The notes beneath the pieces are model-generated. The model searched no databases, was not told where the DNA came from, and saw nothing but the letters and a program-made list of their open reading frames with translations. Positions 10,876-20,780 of a stretch of DNA of 64,000 nucleotides are shown here, piece by piece. Within the stretch, counting starts at the first letter, position 1; each line of letters starts with the position of its first letter. The position numbers and the translations under genes were made by a program. The DNA is from a virus, in the IMG/VR virus record IMGVR_UViG_3300020037_005798, positions 4,764 through 68,763 of that record; one strand, 5' to 3'.

Positions 10876-10950
10876 AAAATTATTTTTTTAATACCATAAA
10901 TATACAAAAAAATCCCTAATTATATAAAAACAATTAGGGATAATTTTTTT

Positions 10951-11784
10951 TTATTTTTCTTCTTCTTCCCAAGTAATAACTGGACATGCTTTTTTATATG
11001 TAAGATATATCATATCACAACCAATGGCAAGTCCTTTAAATAACCAAATAAAAGGGATAAATATTTTTAATAATCCTTTAAAGTTAGGACATTTTCTACA
11101 TTTAATCCATTCTAATAATGGAAATCCAATATATTTTATAAATAAAAATACTGTTATTGCAGTAATAGAAAACCCTAAGAATCCTAAACCTACTGCTTTA
11201 ATAATCTTATAATCTAAAGTATATGTATCAAGAAGAAATATTGTTCCATATAAAATAAGTCCTATTACTATTAAAAACATAGCAAAAGAAAAAACAATAG
11301 AAGTAACTGTAAATATCTTAGATTCTTTCATCTCTTTATATTTTACAACTCGTTGTTCTTTTATTTTTTCTTTCTCTATACTTTTAGTACGTAAAACTTT
11401 TCCATGCTCATAATATAAATCTTCTATATCATACATTAATTTCAAAGGAATCTCCCATTTATAGTTATTCCAACATTTAAGTAAAACAATGTTATATCCT
11501 TCTTCAGGAGTTAGATTTTCTTTGTTACACTTTGCTTTAAATTCTTCTACAAGTCTTATATTTCTATTTCTTCTATAAGATTCTGCACTTTCTAAAAAGT
11601 GTGTTCCTGCTTTACCAAATAATTTAATTATTAAAATCAAAGGCAATAATAGAATTGTAGGTACTAAAGACCAAAAGTAAGGACACATAACTTTGAATAT
11701 TTGACTAGGATCTTTATTATAAACCCATTTAAATAATTTTACATGCCAAGCATTTCTTTTAAAATTGTATAATTTTTTGAACAT
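10951..11784 (-). CDS. Membrane protein
   Basis: Three to four hydrophobic segments. Confidence 0.7.
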   Translation of the reverse strand: MFKKLYNFKRNAWHVKLFKWVYNKDPSQIFKVMCPYFWSLVPTILLLPLILIIKLFGKAGTHFLESAESYRRNRNIRLVEEFKAKCNKENLTPEEGYNIVLLKCWNNYKWEIPLKLMYDIEDLYYEHGKVLRTKSIEKEKIKEQRVVKYKEMKESKIFTVTSIVFSFAMFLIVIGLILYGTIFLLDTYTLDYKIIKAVGLGFLGFSITAITVFLFIKYIGFPLLEWIKCRKCPNFKGLLKIFIPFIWLFKGLAIGCDMIYLTYKKACPVITWEEEEK

Positions 11785-11804
11785 TTTATTTTGGTTTTAA
11801 GTTA

Positions 11805-12176
11805 CTATTTATGATATTCATAATAAGAACCATCTGTAAAAATAAGCCTTAAAGCTTCATCAAAAAGTTGCATTAAAACTTTTGACTCTGTTGTTGGTTC
11901 AAAACAATAGAACAATTGATAAAATTCTTTTGATTCTGTTTCTCCAGTGGTTACTTCTCCAACTATACGAAAAGTTAATGTTTTAGTTGGAAAAAACATA
12001 ACTACATTTTGTGTGTTTTCATTATGAAAAGAAACAACAATATCTAAATCAACCCATTCAGATTGACTTTCATCTTGGTTCTTAACAATGTAAGAACTAT
12101 ATGCTTCTGTAAACTCTTCTTGTGCGTTTACAAAGTTACAAAATAGCATTATAACTAAAATGATTATTTTTTTCAT
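11805..12176 (-). CDS. Exported protein with signal peptide
   Basis: MKKIIILVIMLFCNFVNAQ is a typical Bacteroidota SPI signal ending in A-Q. Confidence 0.7.
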   Translation of the reverse strand: MKKIIILVIMLFCNFVNAQEEFTEAYSSYIVKNQDESQSEWVDLDIVVSFHNENTQNVVMFFPTKTLTFRIVGEVTTGETESKEFYQLFYCFEPTTESKVLMQLFDEALRLIFTDGSYYEYHK

Positions 12177-12178
12177 AA

Positions 12179-12412
12179 TTATAAATTGTTTATAAATTCT
12201 TTGATTTTAATTACTACCTCATCAAAAGTTTTTTCTTCAAACTTTTGTTCTCCAATAGTGTTTCCTTTTGCAAATTTAACACTTGCTCTAGCACTCCACT
12301 CTTTAAATAAAGGAGATTTACTGTAAAAAATATTTATATTTGTAATACAGCTTTTTGAAAAAGGATCTTCAATAATTCCTATTTTCGTATTTCCAAATCC
12401 TAGTAAATTCAT
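12179..12412 (-). CDS. Hypothetical protein
   Basis: 77 aa ORF, TAATTATG-type coupling. Confidence 0.55.
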   Translation of the reverse strand: MNLLGFGNTKIGIIEDPFSKSCITNINIFYSKSPLFKEWSARASVKFAKGNTIGEQKFEEKTFDEVVIKIKEFINNL

Positions 12413-12542
12413 ATTATCTAAATTTTTAATTATTTTTTCAAAGTTTCTTGTAAGAGTTTACAGCTATGTAAAGCTGTTATTAATCTTGGACATGTTGGGC
12501 ATGACTCAACACTATCTTTTTTATATGTACAATTTGCCATAA

Positions 12543-12758
12543 CTATTTAATATTTTCTAAAGGATAAGCATTTAAAACTTTTTCAACAGGTATAACTTTA
12601 CAGTCATCCCAATTCTCGGTGTTATCTAATACTTCTTTTAAAGCTGCTTCTACATGAAGTTTAGCAAATTCAATCATAAAATAAGGAACATCTGTCCCAT
12701 ATTCTTCAAATCCTAAATATTCGTTACAAAATTTTTTTGCTGTTGGTATATCATTCAT
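12543..12758 (-). CDS. Hypothetical protein (MIEFAKLHVEAAL family)
   Basis: Motif recalled from Bacteroidota phages; ends NAYPLENIK. Confidence 0.6.
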   Translation of the reverse strand: MNDIPTAKKFCNEYLGFEEYGTDVPYFMIEFAKLHVEAALKEVLDNTENWDDCKVIPVEKVLNAYPLENIK

Positions 12759-12760
12759 AA

Positions 12761-13372
12761 TTATTTCTTTTTAAATTGTTCAAACCATTCATCTACATTT
12801 GTTGTATTTTCTGAAATTAAATTTTCGGAAACACCCATTTTATGAGACATATCATAATAGAAATTAAATGCCATTTTTTTAGCTTCTTCCTCACTATAAC
12901 TTCTTTCTTGTTTATTTATTTGCCATTTAGCACCATTAATGAAATGTTTAGTGGTTATTTTTTGATGTTTTGCATATCCTGGAGGAACCAACTGACCTGG
13001 TGGTATTGATTGCTTTTCTCCTTGTTTATTTAAAGGCCATATAAAACTTTTATGAGCATAGTTTTTAGCAGCTTCTTCAAGTGTTTCTTGTTTAGGTTTA
13101 GCATAACATTCATTATCTGATTGAGATGTTTCAGCTCCACAGTATTTACAAATATGTGTTTCTTGTTTATCAACGTGGGTAATTGTAATACCTCTTTCAA
13201 TTTCTTGTTTAGGTTCTTTTATTAAACTTTCCATTGCTATATTATGACAATGTTCTATATGTCTTGAAGTGTAATCTTGTTTAAGTTTAAAAAGATAACA
13301 TTCCCCGCAAACAACAGAACAATTATGAAAAGCACAAAAGCAAATATTTGGTTGGTCTATTTCTTTGTTCAT
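12761..13372 (-). CDS. Mosaic hypothetical protein with PKQE repeats
   Basis: EPKQE, KQET and KPKQETLEEAA segments; Cys pairs. Confidence 0.65.
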   Translation of the reverse strand: MNKEIDQPNICFCAFHNCSVVCGECYLFKLKQDYTSRHIEHCHNIAMESLIKEPKQEIERGITITHVDKQETHICKYCGAETSQSDNECYAKPKQETLEEAAKNYAHKSFIWPLNKQGEKQSIPPGQLVPPGYAKHQKITTKHFINGAKWQINKQERSYSEEEAKKMAFNFYYDMSHKMGVSENLISENTTNVDEWFEQFKKK

Positions 13373-14121
13373 ATTCTTTTAAGTTTAAATTTACTTTTCA
13401 ATTCTTCATATACTTTTTCACCATCTAAATACATATCACCACTTTTTGTTGGTTTAAATTTCCAAGCAAGTATTCCAAATAAATCATCCCATATTTTAAA
13501 ATCTTCTTCAACCGTTTCTTGTTCATCATAAGGGTCAATACCCATTGTGTATTTAGACATATCAATTTTTTGTTTAGGTTCTATATAACCAACTTTTTCT
13601 TGTGTTGATTTTGGAAAATTTGACCAATCTATTTTTACTTTTGGAAGTGGTTCTTCACTTGGGATGATTATTTCATAACTATCGTGAGTAAAATTTTCAT
13701 CATCATTCCATAAAATATCAACATCAACTTCCTCACAACTTGGATTCTTTACAAACCATTCTAAAAACTCAGTAGAAATAGCCTGTATGCCATCTTTAAT
13801 GAGGTCTTGGTCTGTTGTTAGAATGATTTTATAAACTTCATTTCTTTTACAAAAACCAAAACCAATATCTTCTTTAGCGTCAATCATTAATTGCTCTTCA
13901 TATATATAATGACATTTTCTTATTCTACCGTGAGAATGTTCATATTTTAATAACATATAATCTCCTTCTTTAATTTCTTCATCAGAAGTGATGTAGATAT
14001 TTTGATTTTGACAATCTAATTCGATATTTTCTAACATTTGATTATCAAATCCTAGCCCTTCTTCTTTGGTTATAAAGATTCTACTTGGTTTATCTGTTGA
14101 TAATATGTGAATATTTTTCAT
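13369..14121 (-). CDS. Mosaic hypothetical protein
   Basis: MKNIHILSTDKPSR...KIILTTDQDLIKDG...EFLEWFVKNPSCE; EPKQ repeat. Confidence 0.65.
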   Translation of the reverse strand: MKNIHILSTDKPSRIFITKEEGLGFDNQMLENIELDCQNQNIYITSDEEIKEGDYMLLKYEHSHGRIRKCHYIYEEQLMIDAKEDIGFGFCKRNEVYKIILTTDQDLIKDGIQAISTEFLEWFVKNPSCEEVDVDILWNDDENFTHDSYEIIIPSEEPLPKVKIDWSNFPKSTQEKVGYIEPKQKIDMSKYTMGIDPYDEQETVEEDFKIWDDLFGILAWKFKPTKSGDMYLDGEKVYEELKSKFKLKRI

Positions 14122-14133
14122 AATTACTTTATA

Positions 14134-14478
14134 TTAAAATTCTACCCATTTATTTCTTGTTGCTATTTTTAAAACAGAATTATCCCCATTATATTCAACA
14201 ATTTTCTTTTCTTTCTTAATAATTTTATAATAAGATTCTATTGGAGAATAACCATAATTTGTTCTTACTTCATAAGGCTTGTAATCAGAATGTTTTAAAT
14301 CTAATATTGTATGAGGTTTCTTAGGAAATCCACTAAATTTATAATTTAATTCATATAATATAAAAGTTTTATCTTCTTTTATTCTGCCTCTACCAATAGG
14401 AAACACCTCATCATTAACTTGTAAATTTTCGTTAGATAAAGTATATCTAATTCTATCATGCATTTGTTCTATTATCAT
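14134..14478 (-). CDS. Hypothetical protein
   Basis: 114 aa ORF. Confidence 0.6.
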   Translation of the reverse strand: MIIEQMHDRIRYTLSNENLQVNDEVFPIGRGRIKEDKTFILYELNYKFSGFPKKPHTILDLKHSDYKPYEVRTNYGYSPIESYYKIIKKEKKIVEYNGDNSVLKIATRNKWVEF

Positions 14479-15064
14479 AATTATTCTTGTCTTAAATTAA
14501 ACAATTCTTCAAATGTGATATTATCTAAACATCTATCAATAAATCTCATTTTTCCATCTTTTTGTAACCAATACCAACCTCCTTGAGATTTGAATAGAGC
14601 ATTTCTAATACAATTAAAAACGCAAAAAGATGTAAGTCTTCTTGTTGTTCTTATTGTATCTATAGGTTTAATATACATTGGTTTTCCATATACCCAAATC
14701 TTAGTTTCCATATTAATGAATATAAATAGGTAAACGTCCTTCAAATTTTTCAGGATCAACAATCATCCATTCACATTGACTTTCTTTAAATGTAGAGCCA
14801 TGTTCTGAATGTTGTTGGATTAAAAATTCTTCTCCTGATTCCCAAACTTTGGGGTCATAATCAAAAATATGGACTTCCCCTGTAGAGAAGTCCATTATTA
14901 CTATTTTGTTCATACTTTTTCTTCGATTTTATAAACACGTTTAAAAACTCTTACTTTTTCTTGAAAAATAGAAAACACTTCTGATATATGACGAGCATCT
15001 ACAATTTCTTCACAATCTACACAATCATCGTTCTTTTCAATCCAATAGTGCACAACATACTTTC

Positions 15065-15388
15065 TCATAGTCTGTCTTTTGTTATAATGTTATTTTTAAG
15101 CCATTTTAATCCATGACTTTCCCAATGATTTTTCTTTCTGATTAATACTCTATTAGCTTTTGGATAAAAATCTATTATTCCAAATTTATCAGTCTGAGTA
15201 TTAATTGTAAACTTAGAACCATCAAAAGGATGAACAATACAGTCATTATACTCTAATAAAGGTATATATCCATTGTCTTCAAAATGTTCTAAATTTCGTT
15301 CTCTAAAAACCTTAACCATTTTACCTAAGTAAGCTAAATCACTATCTTGTTCATCCGCTTCTTTTTTAAGATGTTCAGATTTTTTCAT
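15065..15388 (-). CDS. Hypothetical protein
   Basis: 107 aa ORF. Confidence 0.6.
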   Translation of the reverse strand: MKKSEHLKKEADEQDSDLAYLGKMVKVFRERNLEHFEDNGYIPLLEYNDCIVHPFDGSKFTINTQTDKFGIIDFYPKANRVLIRKKNHWESHGLKWLKNNIITKDRL

Positions 15389-15932
15389 AATATATAATGT
15401 TTATAAATTCTGTAGGTTCTTTAGAAGCCCATTCTTTGACTTTTTCATAATCAGCACTAATCCAATGTGGTATAGAATATCTAAGTTCTGGATGTTCTTC
15501 ATCAAATTTACGTATTAGTTCTGTTCTTTCATGAGAAATTTCTTTATCCCAAATATTTAATTGCCCCATTAATTCTCTTCTTTTTTGTGAAAGAGCTTTA
15601 TATTCTTCCACTTTAAAATCAGGATTTGGACCATCATAAAAAGGACATTCAACAATTCTTAACTCAACTTTTTTACCTTTTAAAAGATCTTGTGAAGAAA
15701 AGGTAAATCCTTGTATAGCTAAATTAACATTATCTGCTTTAGATAAATATTCTTCTAATGTACTATCATTAATTTTTTTTAATTTATAATTAAAATTTTT
15801 TGTAATAGTATCAATTTGACTTTCAGAGTCTGTATAAACTTTAGGAATATTACTAACAGGCCCAAAAGTACCTCCATACCAACCTATAAACTGATTATCA
15901 GCATAATAGGCAAAACATATATTTTTTTCCAT
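15375..15932 (-). CDS. Hypothetical protein
   Basis: 185 aa ORF. Confidence 0.65.
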   Translation of the reverse strand: MEKNICFAYYADNQFIGWYGGTFGPVSNIPKVYTDSESQIDTITKNFNYKLKKINDSTLEEYLSKADNVNLAIQGFTFSSQDLLKGKKVELRIVECPFYDGPNPDFKVEEYKALSQKRRELMGQLNIWDKEISHERTELIRKFDEEHPELRYSIPHWISADYEKVKEWASKEPTEFINIIYYEKI

Positions 15933-16684
15933 TATAGGATAGAATTTAAAAGTTTTTTATATTCTTCAGGATCCAAAGTTGCAAGCTTAAATTTGTCTTT
16001 GTTTCGTTTTAAGTTTGTCATGTATTTTGTATGAAGATAATTAGGATGAGCATTTATTAAACTAACATAAGAAGAAATAAATAATTTATTACTTCCTCTA
16101 TCCATTCTACCAATGATTTTAAGAGCATCTGTTATACAATCTAACAAATACTTACCTCTTTGTTCATCTTTCACTTTAAAGTCACCACGTTTAATTAAAC
16201 GAGTTACACTGTTACCTCCTTGAGCATAACTACATTCTCCATCCATAAGTAATTGAGCCACCTGACTTAATTCAACATCATATGTTGTGTGATATTGATT
16301 TAAAATAACATAATCTTTTCTAATATTACTCCACACTTGGATATAATCTTTTAAACTCCATGATTTAGAAGAATTGTTTAATAAAGCTAAATGTTCTGCT
16401 AAATCAACAGGATTTTTAATTTCAATTTCTGTGTATGGCACATCCCAACCAAGTCTAATCAATCCCATATATAAATGTTGTCCATCTATAATATAATTAG
16501 TTGGTGTACCAGTAAGAAAACTAATTTCAGAAACAACAACAGGTCTAATTATACCCATTTTTTCTAAAGAAGTACTCATACTAGTAACATGACTAGGTAT
16601 AATTGATCTATTAATACCTGCTAAGAATTGTAAACCTTTAGTACCATTTCCTTTTAATGTTTTGTAGTCGAATGTTTTTTTCAT
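15932..16684 (-). CDS. ParB/Srx-like (DGQH) domain protein
   Basis: INR.I...HV, PVVV, YIIDGQHL, LNNSSKSW motifs. Confidence 0.7.
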   Translation of the reverse strand: MKKTFDYKTLKGNGTKGLQFLAGINRSIIPSHVTSMSTSLEKMGIIRPVVVSEISFLTGTPTNYIIDGQHLYMGLIRLGWDVPYTEIEIKNPVDLAEHLALLNNSSKSWSLKDYIQVWSNIRKDYVILNQYHTTYDVELSQVAQLLMDGECSYAQGGNSVTRLIKRGDFKVKDEQRGKYLLDCITDALKIIGRMDRGSNKLFISSYVSLINAHPNYLHTKYMTNLKRNKDKFKLATLDPEEYKKLLNSIL

Positions 16685-16721
16685 TTTTTCTTGTTTTAAA
16701 GTGATTTATTATTTTAAGATA

Positions 16722-16808
16722 ATTGGATTATGCACTTACACCTCATGCAGGTTTATCTATGTAAGCATTTTTGGCTATAGCAGGAATAGCCAAGGGATTT
16801 CAACCTAG
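16722..16808 (-). ncRNA. Candidate structured RNA (three-way junction)
   Basis: Stems UUGGCUAU/AUAGCCAA and GCUUACA/UGUAAGU within a weak closing stem; intergenic. Confidence 0.45.
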
Positions 16809-17191
16809 GATTTTAACATTGCTTCTAATTCTTCGATAGATTTGCTTCCCAAACCTTCTTCTTTCTTTTTCTCAATGAGTTCCATAATTTTCTCTCTTTG
16901 AGCTTTATTTTCTTTAGCTTCTTTAAGAGCTAAATTATCTTGTCTTCTAGTAAGATAAACATCTTTTAAAATGTCAAAACGTAATTGTTGAGTTTTATCA
17001 ACAACAACATTGACATCTAAAAAAGCTAAATCATCATCTTCTGTACCTTCTTTTGACAATGTTTTTTTAACAGATTTGATACAATTAGTCAAATCTGTTA
17101 AAGGTAAATCCCATAACTGTTCTACTGTAAGAGGGCCTCTAGTAGTTAAGAATCTTAGCCCTTCTTTACTTGCTTGTTTGTAAATGCTCAT
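16805..17191 (-). CDS. Conserved phage coiled-coil protein
   Basis: LRF.T.RG.LTVEQLWDLPL motif; recalled as partner of the upstream 714 aa protein. Confidence 0.65.
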   Translation of the reverse strand: MSIYKQASKEGLRFLTTRGPLTVEQLWDLPLTDLTNCIKSVKKTLSKEGTEDDDLAFLDVNVVVDKTQQLRFDILKDVYLTRRQDNLALKEAKENKAQREKIMELIEKKKEEGLGSKSIEELEAMLKS

Positions 17192-17219
17192 TTTTATAAA
17201 ATATTTAATTAATAATAGT

Positions 17220-17293
17220 ATGGGAGATAGGACTCGAACCTACAACCTACGCTATGTTTAAGTGCGTTGCTCTACCACTTGAGCTACTCCCAA
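17220..17293 (-). tRNA. Atypical tRNA or tRNA-like RNA with 11-nt anticodon loop
   Basis: TGGGAG/CTCCCA acceptor, D-arm GCTC-AAGTGGTA-GAGC, T-arm GTAGG-TTCGAGT-CCTAT, anticodon arm ACGC-ACTTAAACATA-GCGT. Confidence 0.8.
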
Positions 17294-17298
17294 AATTT

Positions 17299-19443
17299 TT
17301 AAAACTTAATCTTAACTGTTCTTTTAAAAGAACCTGATAATTTAACTATCAATTCATCTTTTACAGTAGCATTAAACCCTAATCCAGATAATTGTTTAGG
17401 TATAGAATCAACTTTAATACTAGTTCCTAATGTTTCTAAAACTTTTCTATGTTTAGCTAAATCAGGAATAAGATTTTCCATATGGAAACTTGTTATAGGT
17501 GTTGGAGAAATACAATTTTCTAACATAAAGAAGTAATGTTTATTACCTACTTTGTTTTCATCCCAATGATTAGGACTTAAACAAACAAGATTAACTTTAT
17601 GAAACTGATTAGTTTCTAAACCATAAAATTCTTTTGTTACTCCTTCTCCTTCACTACAAGGCATATTATGCTCTACAGTAAATTCTCCATTTTTGTATAC
17701 AACTGTTGCTACATTAATATTTTTGTTTGTAGCAATAGAGCTATTATGAGAATAATTAAATGTTTTACCATCAACTTCTATTTCCGCTTTAAAACCTTTA
17801 CTGTTACTTCCTCTAAATTGATTAATCCAGAAAGTATATTTACCTTCTTTCATTTTTTTTAATTCTTTAAAGTAAATATTTTCAGCATGTGTACCAGGAA
17901 CATTACCTCTATCATCTAAATCTAATTGTCCTGATAAAGCTGTAAATTTATTACCAGAATCTTTTCTGTAACCAGCATTAAATCCTATTCTTACACCATC
18001 AGGTTGTAAACACCATAAATCTAAATCAGAATTATCATTTTGATTTTCATCATTCCAGATACCAGAGAATCTTAATACACCATCTATATTACCTCCTTTG
18101 GATTTAACAACTTGTTTAATTTGACTTTTACCTGCAAGATTACCATTAAAAGTCCAAGAATAGTTATTATCCCATTTGAATATAGGAATACTATTAGGAT
18201 TTTTAGAAGTAGTAAGTGTAACAAAATTGTTTTCATGCTCATTAACTACAAAAGCTTCTACAGAAGAACAATTAGGTAATATTTCAGAAATGAATTTTTC
18301 AATAGACACCTCTTCAACACCATCAAATTCATTTCTTTTATGTCTTGTTGAAGCAGCTGGTTTAACTCCATCAAAAATAGAAACATTTTTGATTTTATTA
18401 TTACCACCATTAGCATGCAAAATTTCAGATACTTTAATATCATCTATAGTAGCCATTCTTCTGTCAAAAGATTCTGTAAAACCATTTTCTTCAACAAATT
18501 TTTGTGCTTCTTCAATTTGTCTTTTACTAATAGGAGCAACAGCTTTCATATAATTTACAGGATCTACTCTGTAATTCCAAGTTTTGCAAGCTTCATTAAT
18601 CTCTTTACCTTCAGATAATTCAACACATAATGTACCAATTAATTCATTTCTGAATTTAGCTAAAGGAAACTTATATGAAGTTATCCAACACCAATTGTCT
18701 TTTTTATCAGCAGCTAAAGTATCATATACTTGTTTAAATCCTAATATGGTTTCTACTTTGTGAAGATGTGTTTGGCCATCTAATAAAGAACCTTGAATAA
18801 TAAGATCTCTTACTAATATTAAAGTATCAGCAGAAATTTCATCCATAGCTCTTTTGAAAACATTTTTTGCATCTCTAAATTCACCACTAATAGCTTCAAT
18901 AGATTGATTAGTAAAACTTACAAACTGTTTTGGTAAATCCAAATGCATATGATTAAAAGTATAAGTTTTATCAACTTCTACATGTCCATAAGCAGCAGCT
19001 TCAGTAGCATTATATTGTTTATAGTTTACAGCTGTACCTAATCTAAATATATCATTTGTCTTTTTACAAGACTCATATGGTAAACTATTAAGTTCATCAA
19101 ATGTTTCAATAAATATATCTTTAATATTCGCTTGTTTAACAGCAGTAGCCATAGCTAAAGCACTAGCCTTATACTCTTCATCAGCAAGAACATCAAATAT
19201 TGTTATAATATTATTATTAGCATCTAATGCTACAATATTACCATAACGTCTAACAAAGTTATTACAATGATTACAATTATGATAACTGGATGCTGGATCT
19301 CTAAATACAGGATCATGTTCTTTTGGAAAAGCTTTTAAATACATTGTCCATAATGCATGACCAGATATTTCTGATCTAAATAATTTACCAGTTGCACACA
19401 TCCTAGCAAACTGTTCTTGGAGTTGTTGATTGAAATTTTTCAT
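17299..19443 (-). CDS. Large conserved phage protein with C-terminal DLDL (YfaP/DUF2135-like) domain
   Basis: HNCNHC motif; VLRFSGIWND...SDLDLWC...GQLDLD...AENI. Confidence 0.6.
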   Translation of the reverse strand: MKNFNQQLQEQFARMCATGKLFRSEISGHALWTMYLKAFPKEHDPVFRDPASSYHNCNHCNNFVRRYGNIVALDANNNIITIFDVLADEEYKASALAMATAVKQANIKDIFIETFDELNSLPYESCKKTNDIFRLGTAVNYKQYNATEAAAYGHVEVDKTYTFNHMHLDLPKQFVSFTNQSIEAISGEFRDAKNVFKRAMDEISADTLILVRDLIIQGSLLDGQTHLHKVETILGFKQVYDTLAADKKDNWCWITSYKFPLAKFRNELIGTLCVELSEGKEINEACKTWNYRVDPVNYMKAVAPISKRQIEEAQKFVEENGFTESFDRRMATIDDIKVSEILHANGGNNKIKNVSIFDGVKPAASTRHKRNEFDGVEEVSIEKFISEILPNCSSVEAFVVNEHENNFVTLTTSKNPNSIPIFKWDNNYSWTFNGNLAGKSQIKQVVKSKGGNIDGVLRFSGIWNDENQNDNSDLDLWCLQPDGVRIGFNAGYRKDSGNKFTALSGQLDLDDRGNVPGTHAENIYFKELKKMKEGKYTFWINQFRGSNSKGFKAEIEVDGKTFNYSHNSSIATNKNINVATVVYKNGEFTVEHNMPCSEGEGVTKEFYGLETNQFHKVNLVCLSPNHWDENKVGNKHYFFMLENCISPTPITSFHMENLIPDLAKHRKVLETLGTSIKVDSIPKQLSGLGFNATVKDELIVKLSGSFKRTVKIKF

Positions 19444-19471
19444 GTTTATATATAATTATTGTTTAATAAAT

Positions 19472-19503
19472 AAAAAACACCACACTATTTCTAATGTGGT
19501 GTT
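19472..19503 (-). terminator. Intrinsic terminator closing the ncRNA array
   Basis: AACACCACAUUA-GAAA-UAGUGUGGUGUU then UUUU. Confidence 0.75.
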
Positions 19504-19509
19504 AGTTTT

Positions 19510-20432
19510 TGTAATAACCTCTCGTAAAAGTAATTACATTGTAAACCTAGTATTAGCACCCTCTTGTCTTATTAAATCATCCAGTAAATACATACTGTTG
19601 CATTTCATTTAATAAGAGTAGGGTCACGTAGTTAATATGACGTTTGCTGATTGCTACCAATTAAGGTGTAATACAACGGTTCTTTAACTACTTGCTGAGA
19701 ACTCCCAAGAGTTTATAATAGCATATCTCATACAGCTATATCTCTTCTACTATATTTCTATAGAGTTTCTATCAGGGTTTAGATTTTTTAAATATGCTTC
19801 CAAATATATTACTATATGAATTTTAGAATTATAAGAGCAAGACCCTCTTTTGCTGGACTAAATGCAAACGCTGGATTTTTACTTGACCTATTACGTGGTA
19901 TTTCCAAAGCCCACCACTTATAATTCAAGGACTGTGATAACCTCATCAATACTCCAGTTAGATTAACGTATCCGCTATCGTTACCTTAATTATTCCATGC
20001 ATTGTTTGCGGTTATGGAAGCTGGTTTATATCAACTACATACAGTTTATGTATTAATCCTGTATGGGATTGTTAAAGTACAATTCTAAACTTTTATTAGA
20101 CTATCCTATCAGATATGCCCAAGAGTTCAGGTTGTTGGTGCTAACCCTCTCTCAGAGACTGCTGCATATCATTCATACCCAACGCGTATTTAGATAAGAT
20201 AGTTATTTTAAAAACCACACACCCTTCAAGATAGGAATAAACATTTTCAGCATACTAACGTTGTCCATTGACATTCTACATACTTACTTATCATACTCAA
20301 CAAACGTAACACTTCTTGTAGTGTCGTAAATCCAGGTTATAAACTTTGGTCCCAATCCTATCTTCAAGTCTTATAATAGGAGTTATCCAGTAGGCCAACT
20401 TCATTACTTGTTTGTCTTTCTATGTGTGATTT
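19510..20432 (-). ncRNA. Tandem array of structured non-coding RNAs (about five domains)
   Basis: About 920 nt without a credible ORF, GC-richer than flanks; closing stems define 20212-20432, 20100-20203, 19928-20086, 19826-19926 and 19542-19781. Confidence 0.7.
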
Positions 20433-20437
20433 CTATC

Positions 20438-20752
20438 TTATTTAACTTGTTTTCCTTCTACACCTCTTTTTATTCTGTCAGAGGTTCTTTTGTTCAACCA
20501 TAACAAAGCTTCATCTAATTTTGTTATAGCAATAGCATTTTCTCTACAAGGAAATTTTGATTGTAAGAAGTTTAAACGGTCTAACAGAACTTCAATAACT
20601 TCTTCGTTAGTTGTACCATCAGAAATAGTTAATAATTCTGTAGAACCTTCTTCTCTTGGTTCTTTGTGAATGAATTGAAGAATTTGTCCTTCAGGATCTT
20701 TATCTTCAAAGTTTTCTAGAGCATATGTATGCCCAGGGATAAGATTTGTCAT
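20438..20752 (-). CDS. tad1: Tad1-like anti-defence signalling-molecule sponge
   Basis: GTTNEEVIEVLLDRLNFLQSKFPCRENAIAITKLDEALLWLNKRTSDRIKRGVEG matches the recalled Tad1 core (DRL..FQ...F..REN..A.T..EEAL.W.N.R..DRI.R.V.G). Confidence 0.8.
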   Translation of the reverse strand: MTNLIPGHTYALENFEDKDPEGQILQFIHKEPREEGSTELLTISDGTTNEEVIEVLLDRLNFLQSKFPCRENAIAITKLDEALLWLNKRTSDRIKRGVEGKQVK

Positions 20753-20780
20753 TTTTATTTATTTTTTAAAATGATATTTG

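Noticed and set aside
19510-20432. Group I/II intron, or SAM-I/TPP riboswitch
   Set aside because: It does not interrupt a gene and I found no intron core or domain V; CUUAUC and ACCUGAAC fragments lack the rest of the riboswitch consensus
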